This document shows, piece after piece, positions 9,399 through 19,967 of a DNA stretch of 64,000 nucleotides. Within the stretch, counting starts at the first letter, position 1. Every line of letters starts with the position of its first letter. Below the pieces are notes generated by a model, which was not told the origin of the DNA, did not search any database, and saw nothing but the letters and a program-made list of their open reading frames with translations. This stretch comes from an uncultured Holophaga sp. Its GTDB lineage: Bacteria; Acidobacteriota; Holophagae; Holophagales; Holophagaceae. The position numbers and the translations under genes were made by a program. The DNA lies in assembly GCA_963664825.1 (NCBI GenBank), contig OY761614.1:2752001-2816000 (forward strand), written 5' to 3'.

Positions 9399-11668
9399 AG
9401 AATATCGATTCATCCATCCATGTGCGGGGCGAATCCACCTACATCAACGATCTCCCGGTCCTGGAGAGGACCCTCTACGCCGCCGTCTTCGGTTCCCCCG
9501 TGGCCCACGGGAAGATCCGGAACCTGGACCTCTCGGAGGCCCTCGGCTGCGAAGGGGTGGAAGCCATCCTCACGGCCCAGGACATTCCCGGCGAGAACCA
9601 GATCGGCAATATCCTCCCCGACGAAGAATTGATGGCCGATGGGGAAGTCCATTTCCGGGGCATGCCCGTCGCCCTGGTGCTGGCCCGCACCGAGGATCTG
9701 GCCCTCCGGGCCCGGAAGAAGATCCGGGTCGAGATCGAGGAGTTGCCCCCCCTGGTGACGGCCCGCCAGGCCTTTGAGGCCAAGAGCTTCATCCTCCCCT
9801 CCCGCACCTTCCACCTGGGGGACACCGAAAACGCCTGGCAGGACTGCGCCCATATCATTGAAGGCCAGGCGGAGATGGGGGGCCAGGAGCACGTCTACCT
9901 GGAAACCCAGGCCTCGTACGCCTACCCCGCCGAGAACGGGGGCATGAAGGTCCATTCCTCCACCCAAGCCACCAAGGCCGTCCAGCGCGGCATCTCCCGG
10001 GTCCTGGGCCTGCCCATGCACCGGATCGAAGTCGACACCATTCGCCTGGGGGGCGGCTTCGGCGGCAAGGAGGATCAGGCCACCTCCTTCGCCTGTCTGG
10101 CCGCCATGGGCGCTCAAATCCTCAAGAGGCCCGTGAAGCTCGTCCTGTCCAGGGCCGACGATATCGTCATGACGGGCAAACGCCATCCCTATTCCTTCGA
10201 TTTCAAGATCGGCCTGGACCGGGAACTCCGGATCCTCGCCTACGATCTGACCGCCTACCAGGACGCGGGGGCCTCGGCGGACATGTCCCCGGGGGTCATG
10301 GAGCGAACCCTCCTCCACGGGACCAGCTGCTACGGCATCCCCAATGCCCGCATCACCTGCCATAGCTGCCGCACTCACCTGCCCCCCAATACGGCCTTTC
10401 GGGGCTTCGGCGCCCCCCAGGCCATGTTCGCCATGGAGGCCGCCATCATGGCGGCGGCTTCCAAGCTGGGCGTGGAGCCCTTGGAGATCCAACGGCGGAA
10501 CCTGCTCCGGGAAGGGGATCCATTCCCCTATGGCCAGAAGACCGAGCGCTGCAATGCCATCCCGTGCTGGGAGAGTGCGACGAGTCTCTTTGAGGTCGAT
10601 AGGCTCCGGGAGGAGGTGGCCGCCTTCAATGGGGAGCAGGCCTTCTTCAAGAAGGGGCTCTCCATGTTCCCCCTCTGCTTCGGCATCTCCTTCACCACCA
10701 TCAGCCTCAACCAGGGCCGCTCCCTGGTGCATGTCTACACCGATGGTTCGGTGAGCGTGACCACCGGCGTCATCGAGATGGGCCAGGGGGTCAACACCAA
10801 GCTCGTCCAGGCCGCCGCTCAGACCTTCTCCATCGCCCCCGAACGCATCACCATCCACAGCACCAACACCACCCGCATCGCCAACGCCTCTCCCACCGCC
10901 GCCAGCACCGGGGCGGACCTGAATGGCAACGCCACCATCCTGGCCTGCCGGGCCATCCTGGAGCGCATGAAGATCGGCGCCTCCAGGACCCTTGGCATCG
11001 AGGACCCGCAGCGGATCACCCTGAAGGACGAGGTCGTCCACCTGGATGGCCAACCCACGGAGTTGGGCTGGGAGCGCCTGGTGGCTCTCGTGCAGGACAT
11101 GCGCCTGGGCCTTTCCGAACACGCCCACTACGCCACGCCGGAGATCTACTTCGACAAGACCAAGGAGAAGGGGCACCCCTTCGCTTACCACGTCTACGGC
11201 ACGGCCGTGACTGTGGCCACCGTGGACTGCCTGCGGGGCACCTACGAGATCGATCTCGTGAAGATCGTGCACGATTTCGGGACCAGCATGAACCTGGATA
11301 TCGATATTGGTCAGGTCGAAGGGGGGCTCCTCCAGGGCATCGGCCTGATGACCATCGAGGAACTGCTCTACAATCCAAGCGGCAGGAATATCTACGCCTC
11401 CCTCTCGGGCTACAAGGTGCCGGATATCCACTTCACACCCAAGACCCTCGAGGTGAGGCCCCTGAAGACGGTGCCCGATCCGCTGGCTCTGCTGGGCTCC
11501 AAGGCCGTGGGGGAGCCGCCCCTGAGCTACGGCATCGGCGCCTACTTCGCCATTCTCAACGCCATGAGGGCCTATAACCCGGGTCTCAAACTGGAATTAT
11601 CCGCCCCCCTGACGCCCCAGAAGTGTCTGATGTCCCTCTACGATGACTACGGGGATTTGATGCGGTAG
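9395..11668 (+). CDS. xdhB: Xanthine dehydrogenase molybdopterin-binding subunit
   Basis: GQEHVYLETQ, GGGFGGKE, TAFRGFG, EMGQG, SPTAAS, SKAVGEPP. Confidence 0.9.
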   Translation: MKNIDSSIHVRGESTYINDLPVLERTLYAAVFGSPVAHGKIRNLDLSEALGCEGVEAILTAQDIPGENQIGNILPDEELMADGEVHFRGMPVALVLARTEDLALRARKKIRVEIEELPPLVTARQAFEAKSFILPSRTFHLGDTENAWQDCAHIIEGQAEMGGQEHVYLETQASYAYPAENGGMKVHSSTQATKAVQRGISRVLGLPMHRIEVDTIRLGGGFGGKEDQATSFACLAAMGAQILKRPVKLVLSRADDIVMTGKRHPYSFDFKIGLDRELRILAYDLTAYQDAGASADMSPGVMERTLLHGTSCYGIPNARITCHSCRTHLPPNTAFRGFGAPQAMFAMEAAIMAAASKLGVEPLEIQRRNLLREGDPFPYGQKTERCNAIPCWESATSLFEVDRLREEVAAFNGEQAFFKKGLSMFPLCFGISFTTISLNQGRSLVHVYTDGSVSVTTGVIEMGQGVNTKLVQAAAQTFSIAPERITIHSTNTTRIANASPTAASTGADLNGNATILACRAILERMKIGASRTLGIEDPQRITLKDEVVHLDGQPTELGWERLVALVQDMRLGLSEHAHYATPEIYFDKTKEKGHPFAYHVYGTAVTVATVDCLRGTYEIDLVKIVHDFGTSMNLDIDIGQVEGGLLQGIGLMTIEELLYNPSGRNIYASLSGYKVPDIHFTPKTLEVRPLKTVPDPLALLGSKAVGEPPLSYGIGAYFAILNAMRAYNPGLKLELSAPLTPQKCLMSLYDDYGDLMR

Positions 11669-11714
11669 ACGTGGTTTCCTTCGGGTGTCACACACGGAAA
11701 AGGGCGCAACAACC

Positions 11715-14276
11715 ATGTTTTCTCTATCGATCAACGGCGAGGACCATCGCACCGATCAGACCGTCAATCTGTTGGCCTTCCTCAGGGATGAGCTCCGATT
11801 GACCTCGGTGAAGGATGGCTGTTCCGAGGGGGCCTGCGGCGCCTGCATGGTCCTGGTGGACGGCAAGGCCAGCCGGGCCTGCCTGTTCACCACCGCCAAG
11901 CTGGATGGCCGCAAGGTGATCACCGTCGAAGGACTCTCCCCCAGGGAGCAGGAGATCTACGCCCGCGCCTTTGCCGATGCGGGCGCCGTCCAGTGCGGCT
12001 TCTGCATCCCCGGCATGGTCATCAGCGCCAAGGGACTGCTGGACGCCAACCCCGATCCCACCCCGGCGGAGGTGAAGAGGGCCATCCATGGCAACATCTG
12101 CCGCTGCACAGGCTACCTGAAGATCGAAGAGGCCATCCTCCGGGCCGCGCGGCTCCTCCGGGGGGAGGAAACGCTTCCGGAATTGGTTCCAGGGGCCTGC
12201 GGGATCGGGGACCGGATGCCCCGGCCGGATGCCCGGGGCAAGGTCCTGGGCACCAGCGATTACGTAGGCGATATGGCCGTGCCCGGCATGCTCCACGGGG
12301 CCGCGCTCCGGGCCCCCAAGCCCCGGGTGCGGGTCAAGTCCATCGATATTTCGGAAGCCCAGGCCATGCCCGGCGTCGTGCTGGTGATCACGGCCCAGGA
12401 CGTGCCCGGCGAGCGCTTCCAGGGCCACATCGTGCCCGATTGGCCCGCCATGATCGCCGTGGGAGAAGAGACCCGCTACGTGGGGGACGCCCTGGCGCTC
12501 GTGGCCGCGGAAACGGTCCAGCAGGCCCGGGCCGCCGCGGCCAGGATCCAGGTGGAATATGAAGAACTGCCGCCCCTGATCACGCCCGAGGCGGCCCTTC
12601 GGGAGGATGCGCCCAGGCTGCACCCCAAGGGCAATGTGCTGGCCCGCACCGAGCTCTCCCGGGGGGATGTGGAGACCACCATCGCCGCTTCGGCCCACGT
12701 GTCCCACCACGTCTTCCGCACGCCCCCTACGGAACACGCCTTCCTGGAGCCGGAGAGCGCCCTGGCCGTGCCCGAGGCGGATGGCAGCCTGACGGTCTAC
12801 ACGGGCACGCAAAGCATCTACGACGACTACCACGGCATCCTGGGGGTGCTGGGCCTGCCCAGTGACCGGGTCAAGGTGGTCAGCGGCCTGGTGGGCGGCG
12901 GCTTCGGCGGCAAGGAGGACCTCACCGTCCAGCACCATGCGGCCCTGCTGGCCTGGATCTCCCAACGGCCCGTGAAGCAGACCCTGGCCCGCCAGGAGAG
13001 CATCCGGGTCCACCCCAAGCGCCATGCCATGGAGATGGACTTCACGGTGGCCTGCGATGCCGAGGGCCATCTCACGGCCATGAAGGCCAGCCTCCTGGCC
13101 GATACCGGCGCCTATGCCTCCCTGGGGGGGCCTGTGCTGCAGCGGGCCTGCACCCACGCTGCCGGGCCCTACAAGATCGCCAATGTTTCCATTCTGGGCC
13201 GGGCCATCTACACCAATAATCCCCCCGCCGGGGCCTTCCGGGGCTTCGGCGTGACCCAATCCTGCTTCGCCATGGAATGCTGCCTCAACGACCTGGCCAC
13301 TCAAGTTGGCCTCAGTCCCTGGGAATTCAGGTTCCGCAACGCGGTGGAAGCCGGGGATGTGCTGCCCAATGGTCAGATCGCCGACGGGGATACCGCCCTC
13401 AAGGAGACCCTCCTGGCCGTGAAGGAGGCCTTCGAGAGCCGACCCGACGCGGGCATCGCCTGCTGCATGAAGAATTCCGGCATCGGCGTGGGCCTTTCCG
13501 ACGTGGGGCGCGTGAGGATCCGGGTGGAGAAGGGCAGGGTGGGGATCTACACCAGCGCCGCCTGCATCGGCCAGGGACTGGCTTCGGTGCTCGTCCAGTT
13601 CGTGGGGGAGACCACGGGCCTATCCTGGGATCTCATCGACGTGGCCACGCCCGACACCTCCACCACCCCCGACGGGGGCACCACCACCGCCTCCCGGCAG
13701 ACGGTGTTCAACGGGGAGGCCGCGCGTCTCGCGGCCCAGGACCTGAAGAAGGACCTGGACGCCTTGCCCCTGGAGGCCCTGGAAGGCCGGGAATACTACC
13801 GGGAATATTCCGGCGTGACCGATCCCTTCGGTTCCACTAAGGCCCATCCCGTGAGCCATGTGGCCTATGGCTATGCCACCCAGGTGGTGCTCCTGGATGA
13901 GTCTGGCAAGGTGGAAAAGGTCATCGCCGCCCATGATGTGGGCCGGGTGGTGAACCCCACCAATGTGGAGGCCCAGATCGAGGGGGGTGTGGTCATGGGC
14001 CTGGGCTACGCCCTCACCGAGGATTACCCCCTGAAGGATGGGGAGCCCACGGCCAAGTTCGGCACCCTGGGTCTCTTCCGTGCCGCCCAGGTGCCCGAGA
14101 TCCTGAGCCTCCTGGTGAACTCCAAGCCCAGCGACCTGGCCTTCGGCGCCAAGGGGGTGGGGGAGATCGTCACCATCCCCACGGCCCCGGCGGTGGCGGG
14201 GGCCTATTTTCGCAGGGATGGTCTTTTCCGCACCCAGCTGCCCCTGGAGGGCACGCCCTACAGCCGCAAGAAGTAA
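11715..14276 (+). CDS. xdh: Selenium-dependent xanthine dehydrogenase-type molybdenum hydroxylase (2Fe-2S + Mo domain fusion)
   Basis: KDGCSEGACGAC, QCGFCIPG, GGGFGGKED, AFRGFG, TTASRQT, SHVAYGYATQV, GAKGVGE, C-terminal TPYSRKK; Se-utilisation genes downstream. Confidence 0.85.
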   Translation: MFSLSINGEDHRTDQTVNLLAFLRDELRLTSVKDGCSEGACGACMVLVDGKASRACLFTTAKLDGRKVITVEGLSPREQEIYARAFADAGAVQCGFCIPGMVISAKGLLDANPDPTPAEVKRAIHGNICRCTGYLKIEEAILRAARLLRGEETLPELVPGACGIGDRMPRPDARGKVLGTSDYVGDMAVPGMLHGAALRAPKPRVRVKSIDISEAQAMPGVVLVITAQDVPGERFQGHIVPDWPAMIAVGEETRYVGDALALVAAETVQQARAAAARIQVEYEELPPLITPEAALREDAPRLHPKGNVLARTELSRGDVETTIAASAHVSHHVFRTPPTEHAFLEPESALAVPEADGSLTVYTGTQSIYDDYHGILGVLGLPSDRVKVVSGLVGGGFGGKEDLTVQHHAALLAWISQRPVKQTLARQESIRVHPKRHAMEMDFTVACDAEGHLTAMKASLLADTGAYASLGGPVLQRACTHAAGPYKIANVSILGRAIYTNNPPAGAFRGFGVTQSCFAMECCLNDLATQVGLSPWEFRFRNAVEAGDVLPNGQIADGDTALKETLLAVKEAFESRPDAGIACCMKNSGIGVGLSDVGRVRIRVEKGRVGIYTSAACIGQGLASVLVQFVGETTGLSWDLIDVATPDTSTTPDGGTTTASRQTVFNGEAARLAAQDLKKDLDALPLEALEGREYYREYSGVTDPFGSTKAHPVSHVAYGYATQVVLLDESGKVEKVIAAHDVGRVVNPTNVEAQIEGGVVMGLGYALTEDYPLKDGEPTAKFGTLGLFRAAQVPEILSLLVNSKPSDLAFGAKGVGEIVTIPTAPAVAGAYFRRDGLFRTQLPLEGTPYSRKK

Positions 14277-14290
14277 TCCCAGGGATCTGA

Positions 14291-15346
14291 ATGGGAGGGC
14301 ATATGGAACTCAATCTGTTCAAGGCCATCGCCGAGGGCGCGGAGCCCATGGCGCTCGCGACGCTCCTGGCTGTGAAGGGCTCCTCCCCCCGTCATGCCGG
14401 TGCCAAGATGCTCCTGGGGGCGCGCAGCGGCCGCCTGGGCACCGTGGGGGGCGGCCAGGGGGAGGCCCGGGCCCTGGAGGCCTGCCGGAGCTGCTTGGAG
14501 GGCGGCCTCCCGACCCTGCTCCGGGTGGAGATGACGGGGACCGATGTGAATGCTCCGGCCATGGTCTGCGGCGGCACAAGCACCATGCTCGTGGAATCCT
14601 TGGAGGACAGGACCCCCTATCGGGCAGCGCTGGAGCGGCTCTCCAGGGGCGAGCGCGTGCTCTTCGTCAAACGCATCCTGGACGGTGCCCCTGTGGAGAC
14701 GGCCCTCTTCGATCAGGACGGGAAGGCGCTCCATGGCCAGGCCAGGGCCACCGAGGCCCAGGGGATCGCCCGGGCCCTGGGCGCGGGCCAGCCCCGCTTC
14801 GAGGAGGATCCCGGGGTCTTCTTCGATCCCCTGTGCCCGGAAGAAAAGCTGCTGATCCTGGGCGCCGGTCATGTGGGCAAGGCCATGGCGGCCTTGGCCC
14901 CGGCCCTGGGTTTCCGGGTCACGGTGGTGGATGATCGCCCGGAATTCCTCGCCCCCTCGAACTTTCCGGCAGGGGTCCAGACCCTCCAGGCCGGTTTCGA
15001 GGAGGCCATCGGGGCATTCCCCTTCGATGGGGCGACCTACGCCGTGGTGGTCTCCCGGGGGCATTTGCAGGACCTGGAGTGCGTGCGGGCCCTGCTGAAG
15101 CGGAAGTACCGCTACGCGGGCTTCATCGGCAGCGCCCGCAAGACGCGCTTCATCTTCGACCAGGTGCTCCAGGACGGGCATGATCCCGCCCAGGTGGAGG
15201 CCCTCTGGGCTCCCATTGGCCTCGATATCGCCGCGGAGACCCCTGCGGAACTGGCCATCGCCATCCTGGGGGAGCTGATCGCCGTCCGGAGGAATGCCGG
15301 GATCCTGCCCGAATTGAAGCGCGCCCTTTCGGCCCGCAGGGCCTAG
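14291..15346 (+). CDS. xdhC: XdhC/CoxI family Moco maturation factor
   Basis: GSSPR..GAKML, GTVGGG, CGG, GAGHVG, APIGLDIAAETPAELAIAI. Confidence 0.9.
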   Translation: MGGHMELNLFKAIAEGAEPMALATLLAVKGSSPRHAGAKMLLGARSGRLGTVGGGQGEARALEACRSCLEGGLPTLLRVEMTGTDVNAPAMVCGGTSTMLVESLEDRTPYRAALERLSRGERVLFVKRILDGAPVETALFDQDGKALHGQARATEAQGIARALGAGQPRFEEDPGVFFDPLCPEEKLLILGAGHVGKAMAALAPALGFRVTVVDDRPEFLAPSNFPAGVQTLQAGFEEAIGAFPFDGATYAVVVSRGHLQDLECVRALLKRKYRYAGFIGSARKTRFIFDQVLQDGHDPAQVEALWAPIGLDIAAETPAELAIAILGELIAVRRNAGILPELKRALSARRA

Positions 15347-15350
15347 CCTC

Positions 15351-16130
15351 GTGAAGCTCCTGGAGGCTCTTCTGCCCTTCCTTCCCCCGACAGGTGGCGT
15401 GATCGCCCTGGTGGGGGCCGGGGGCAAGACCCGCGCCCTGTTTGCTCTCGCCGAGGAGCTTTCGGAGAGGGGCGCCGATGTGCTCCTGACCACCACCACC
15501 CATATCTTCGATCCCCGGCTGGAGGAGGGCAGGGGCTTCGATCGGGTGCTGATCGATCCGGCCTATGCCCAACCCGGAAAGGCCTCGGCATCCGATCCAT
15601 GGGAGGGCATCCCAACTCTTCCCGGCCGGGGACGCCGCCTCGTCCTGGCCTCCAGCGAGGAACCCGGTGGCAAGCTGAAGGGCCTCCATCCCACCCGCGT
15701 CGCCGGACTCGCCCGGGGTGGGGCCTTCGTGCTGGTGGAAGCCGATGGGGCCAAGGGGCGCCCCCTCAAGGCCCCGGCCGAATGGGAACCGGTCCTGCCG
15801 TCGGAGACTTGCCTGGTACTGGGCCTGGTGGGGCTGGATTGCCTGGGACGCCCCATGGACGAGGCCACCGTCCATCGCCCCCAATGCTTCGAGGCCCTCA
15901 CCCACTGCCCCCCGGGAGCGCCGATCCGCTGGGAGCACATCGAAGCCCTGGCCCTTTCGCCCCAGGGCCTCTTCAAGGGGGCGCCCCCGGGGGGCCGCCG
16001 GGTGCTCCTGCTCAACAAGGCCGACCTGGGCCCTGGGGAGCCGGTGGCTCTGTCCGCCGCCTGCGCCGACAGGATCCTGGTCTGCTGCCTTCGGGATCCG
16101 AATCCGGCAGCGCGAGTCCTGCCCCTATGA
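15351..16130 (+). CDS. yqeC: Selenium cofactor biosynthesis protein YqeC
   Basis: LVGAGGKT, TTTTHI, VEADGAKGRPLKAP..EP, LNKAD. Confidence 0.85.
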   Translation: MKLLEALLPFLPPTGGVIALVGAGGKTRALFALAEELSERGADVLLTTTTHIFDPRLEEGRGFDRVLIDPAYAQPGKASASDPWEGIPTLPGRGRRLVLASSEEPGGKLKGLHPTRVAGLARGGAFVLVEADGAKGRPLKAPAEWEPVLPSETCLVLGLVGLDCLGRPMDEATVHRPQCFEALTHCPPGAPIRWEHIEALALSPQGLFKGAPPGGRRVLLLNKADLGPGEPVALSAACADRILVCCLRDPNPAARVLPL

Positions 16131-16960
16131 TGGGGATCCGCGGGGAACTCGTGGTGGTGCGGGGCGCCGGGGATCTGGCCACGGGCTGCATCCTGCGTCT
16201 GGTGCGTTCGGGCTTTCGGGTGGCGGCACTCGAGGTCCCCGGCCCCAGCGCCATCCGGAGGACGGTCTGTCTCTCGGAGGCCATGTACGAGGGCAGCGCC
16301 GAAGTGGAAGGGCTCCGGGCCATCCGCGTGGGTACGCTCCAGGAACTCCTGGCCGCCCTGGAGGCCTTCGGCCCGGAGGGGCCCGTGCCCATCCTGGCCG
16401 ACACGGAGGCTGCGGTGCTCCCCTTCCTTCGCCCCTTGGCCCTGGTGGACGCCATCGTGGCCAAGCGCAATCTGGGCACGCGCCTCGACATGGCCCCGGT
16501 GGTGGTGGCCCTGGGACCGGGCTTCGAGGCTGGGGTAGACGCCCATGCCCTGGTGGAGACCAACCGGGGCCATGATCTGGGGCGGGTGATCCTGAAGGGC
16601 AGGACCGAGCCCAATACCGGGATCCCGGGCCTCATCGGCGGCATGGGGGCCCAGCGGGTGCTGCACGCCCCCGTCCCTGGGCGGGTGGAGAACCTGAAGC
16701 GCATCGGGGACCCTGTGCGGGCCGGGGAACCCATCCTGGAGATCCTGGGCCCGGAGGGAAGGACTGCCCTGGCCCCTTCCATTGATGGCACCCTGCGGGG
16801 CCTGATCCGCCCCGGTTTCCAGGCCTGGAGGGGCCTCAAGGTGGCCGATGTGGATCCCCGCTGCATCCGGGAGCACTGCTTTTCCGTCTCCGACAAGGCG
16901 CGCGCCATCGGCGGAGGCGTGCTGGAGGCCATCCTGGGCCTGGGGGGAGGGCGCTCGTGA
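16127..16960 (+). CDS. yqeB: YqeB/EF2563 family selenium-dependent molybdenum hydroxylase system protein
   Basis: [47 protein letters not shown]. Confidence 0.9.
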   Translation: MMGIRGELVVVRGAGDLATGCILRLVRSGFRVAALEVPGPSAIRRTVCLSEAMYEGSAEVEGLRAIRVGTLQELLAALEAFGPEGPVPILADTEAAVLPFLRPLALVDAIVAKRNLGTRLDMAPVVVALGPGFEAGVDAHALVETNRGHDLGRVILKGRTEPNTGIPGLIGGMGAQRVLHAPVPGRVENLKRIGDPVRAGEPILEILGPEGRTALAPSIDGTLRGLIRPGFQAWRGLKVADVDPRCIREHCFSVSDKARAIGGGVLEAILGLGGGRS

Positions 16961-18087
16961 TCTACCTGGACAATGCCGCCACCAGCCACCCCAAGGCCCC
17001 CGGCGTGGCCGATGCGGTGGCGGGCTGCATCCAGGCCGGCACCTGCAGCCCTGGGAGGGCCAGTCACCCCTTGGCCCGGGAGGCCAGCCGCCTGCTCTTC
17101 GAGGCCCGGGAGGCCTGCTGCACCTTCCTGGGTGGCACGCAATCCGAGCGCCTGATCTTTACGCCGAACGCCACGGAAGCCCTCAATCTGGTCCTCCTGG
17201 GGAGCCTCCCCCCGGGGGCCACGGTGGCCCTCAGCTCCCTGGAACACAATGCGGTCATGAGGCCCCTCCGGCATCTGGAGGCCACCCGGGGCGTGCGCCT
17301 CCTGGTGATCCCCTTCGATGGTTGCGGGAGGCCCGATCCCCAGGCCTTGAAACAGGCCCTGGAGGCCAGGCCCCAACTCATGGTGCTGAACGCCGCCAGC
17401 AACGTCACGGGCTGTCTCACGCCCTTTTCCGACGTGGCCGAACTCTGCAAGCGGCAGGGCGTTCCCCTCTGCCTGGATGCTAGTCAGCTGGCGGGCCACG
17501 TTCCCATGCCTGCTGGATGCGATTTCATCTGCTTTCCCGGCCACAAGGGCCTGCTGGGACCCACGGGCACCGGAGGCCTCCTCCTGGGGCCGGGGGCGAA
17601 CCCCGCTCCCTTGATACGAGGCGGCACGGGCAGCGCCTCCGAGCGGGAAAGCCAGCCCCCCTTCCTCCCGGATCGCTATGAATCCGGCACGCCCAATGTG
17701 CCGGCCCTGGCGGGACTCCTCGCCGCCCTGCGCTTCCTGGCCACGCCGGAGGCTCTGGCGCGACAGGTGCGAGCGCTGGCCCTCTGCGACGAACTCCTCC
17801 GGGGCCTCCGGGCCCTCCCGGGCGTCGTCTCCCAGGGGCCTGGTCCCGGCCAGGCGCGGGTTCCCGTCGTCTCCATCACCGTCGCCGGAAGGGATCTGGG
17901 GGAACTTGCGCTCGAATTGGACCGTCGCGAGATATGTGCCCGGGTGGGCCTCCACTGCGCCCCTTCGGCCCACCGGAGCCTGGGCACCCTCGATTCGGGA
18001 GGCACCCTCCGCTTCTCGCCGGGCCTCTTCACGACCCCAGAGGAGATCCGGGAGACTCTTAATGTCATGGAGGAACTCCTCACGTGA
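16957..18087 (+). CDS. Class V aminotransferase / cysteine desulfurase (selenocysteine lyase-like)
   Basis: [40 protein letters not shown]. Confidence 0.9.
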   Translation: MIYLDNAATSHPKAPGVADAVAGCIQAGTCSPGRASHPLAREASRLLFEAREACCTFLGGTQSERLIFTPNATEALNLVLLGSLPPGATVALSSLEHNAVMRPLRHLEATRGVRLLVIPFDGCGRPDPQALKQALEARPQLMVLNAASNVTGCLTPFSDVAELCKRQGVPLCLDASQLAGHVPMPAGCDFICFPGHKGLLGPTGTGGLLLGPGANPAPLIRGGTGSASERESQPPFLPDRYESGTPNVPALAGLLAALRFLATPEALARQVRALALCDELLRGLRALPGVVSQGPGPGQARVPVVSITVAGRDLGELALELDRREICARVGLHCAPSAHRSLGTLDSGGTLRFSPGLFTTPEEIRETLNVMEELLT

Positions 18088-19103
18088 AGCTCACGGCCTA
18101 TACGAAATTCTCGGGATGCGGCGCCAAGCTGGGACCGGGTGTGCTGGAGAAGGCCCTCTGCGGCCTCTCCCAGCCCGCCTACCCCGAACTCCTCGCCGAT
18201 TTCAAGGGCAGCGAGGATGCCGGGCTCTTCCGCATCGGGCCTGATAGCGCGCTGGTGCAGACGGTGGATTTCTTCCCGCCCATCGTGGATGACCCCAGGC
18301 TCTTTGGCCGGATCGCCGCGGCCAATGCCCTGTCGGACATCTACGCCATGGGGGGGCGGCCCATCTCGGCCCTGGCCCTCGTGTGCCACCCCCTCAAGGC
18401 CCTCGGACTCGCGCCCCTCCGGGCCATGCTGGAGGGGGGACTGGAGGCGCTCGTGGAAGCGGGTTGCGCCCTTCTCGGGGGCCATAGCATCGAGGATTCC
18501 GAGCCCAAGCTGGGATACGCCGTCACGGGGCTGGTGGACCCGGCCCGGGCCTGGCGCAATAACACACTCCGCCCCGGCGGCAGGCTGATCCTCACCAAAC
18601 CCATCGGCACGGGACTGGTGAACATGGCCTTCCGCGCCCAGTGCGCCTCGCCTGAGGCCGAAGCCGCCGCCCAGGCCTTCATGGGCACCCTCAACCGGAG
18701 CGCCGCGGAGGTCCTCGCTCGTTTCCACGTGCAGGCCTGCACGGACGTGACGGGATTTGGCCTGGGGGGACACGCCGCCGAGATGGCCTCCGGGGAGGCC
18801 TGCGGCCTCTCCATCCACTTCGAGCGGGTGCCCCTCCTGCCCGATGTGCGGGAATACGCCGCCATGGGCCTCGTGCCGGAAGGCACCTACCGGAACAGGG
18901 AAGGGCGCGGGGGCTGCGTGGTCGGGGCGGTCTCCCCCCTGATGTTGGATCTCCTCTTCGATCCCCAGACTTCCGGGGGCCTGCTGGCGGCCCTGTCTGA
19001 AGAGGAAGCGGGGGCCGCCCTCGGGGCCCTGAAGGGGGCGGGTGTCGCGGCCTGGATCATCGGAGAAACAGGCGGCGCGCCTGGCCAGGTGCGGATCCTG
19101 TGA
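18084..19103 (+). CDS. selD: Selenide, water dikinase (Cys form)
   Basis: [45 protein letters not shown]; the catalytic codon is TGC, not TGA. Confidence 0.95.
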   Translation: MKLTAYTKFSGCGAKLGPGVLEKALCGLSQPAYPELLADFKGSEDAGLFRIGPDSALVQTVDFFPPIVDDPRLFGRIAAANALSDIYAMGGRPISALALVCHPLKALGLAPLRAMLEGGLEALVEAGCALLGGHSIEDSEPKLGYAVTGLVDPARAWRNNTLRPGGRLILTKPIGTGLVNMAFRAQCASPEAEAAAQAFMGTLNRSAAEVLARFHVQACTDVTGFGLGGHAAEMASGEACGLSIHFERVPLLPDVREYAAMGLVPEGTYRNREGRGGCVVGAVSPLMLDLLFDPQTSGGLLAALSEEEAGAALGALKGAGVAAWIIGETGGAPGQVRIL

Positions 19104-19345
19104 GACTCCTGGCCACCTTTGAATCCAGCCATGCCGCCCTCCGGGCCGAAGGCGCGCTGAAGGCCGCGGGGCTCCCGGTGGAGCTCATCCCCGTGCCCCG
19201 TCAGATCAGCAGCGATTGCGGCTTCTGCCTGCTCTGCGAGATCGAGAACCCCGAACTTCTTCAGGGAAGCGGCGCCAAGGGGTTCTGGCGGGTCCTGGAA
19301 CCCGATTCCCAACACACCTGGAGGCGCTATGAGCCCTATCCATAG
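19100..19345 (+). CDS. DUF3343-like small protein
   Basis: F.S.H.AL.AE..LK, IPVPRQISSDCG; typical position between selD and yedF. Confidence 0.75.
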   Translation: MRLLATFESSHAALRAEGALKAAGLPVELIPVPRQISSDCGFCLLCEIENPELLQGSGAKGFWRVLEPDSQHTWRRYEPYP

Positions 19346-19946
19346 AACGATCGACGCGAGAAACCTGCCCTGTCCCCAGCCGGTGATCCTCCTCCGAAAG
19401 GCTCTCGCGGAGCTCGGCTTCGATACGCTAGACATCACCGTGGACAACGAGGCGGCCCGGGAGAACATCCTGAAATTCGCCGAGTACGCCCATTGCCCCG
19501 TGGAGGGCGTGGCTTCTCAAGGGCGTGAACACCGCATCCGCCTGGTGCCAGACGGGAGCACGGGTGTGGTGGCCTCCCCAGAAGGGGACGTCTGTCCCTC
19601 CCCCCAGCAGCTCTCGGGCGCGACGGTTCTGCTCAGCTCCGATGGCATAGGCCAGGGGGATTCCGACTTGGCCCACCTCCTCATGCGGGGCTTCGTCTAT
19701 ACCCTCGTGGAATGCGAGATTCCCCCGAGGCGGATCATCCTCATGAATGCCGGCGTGAAGCTGGCCATCGAAGGCTCCCCTTCCCTGGAGCACCTTCGCA
19801 AGCTCGCGGAGCTCGGCGTGGAGGTGCTCGCCTGCGGCACCTGCCTGGAGTTCTTCAAGCTGAAAGAGGCCCTGGGCGTGGGGCGCGTCACCAACATGTA
19901 CGAGATCGCCAACCTCCTCCTCCAGGGCCCCACCCTGGCCCTTTGA
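19329..19946 (+). CDS. yedF: Sulfurtransferase-like selenium metabolism protein YedF (TusA + DsrE domains)
   Basis: IDARNLPCPQPVI, NAGVKL, ACGTCL, GRVTNMYEI. Confidence 0.9.
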   Translation: MSPIHRTIDARNLPCPQPVILLRKALAELGFDTLDITVDNEAARENILKFAEYAHCPVEGVASQGREHRIRLVPDGSTGVVASPEGDVCPSPQQLSGATVLLSSDGIGQGDSDLAHLLMRGFVYTLVECEIPPRRIILMNAGVKLAIEGSPSLEHLRKLAELGVEVLACGTCLEFFKLKEALGVGRVTNMYEIANLLLQGPTLAL

Positions 19947-19967
19947 GGCCCGGGCCTTGCAAGGCTC

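Noticed and set aside
18084..18130. Possible selenocysteine in SelD or other Se-operon genes
   Set aside because: The catalytic codon is TGC and all ORFs in the operon are open without in-frame TGA
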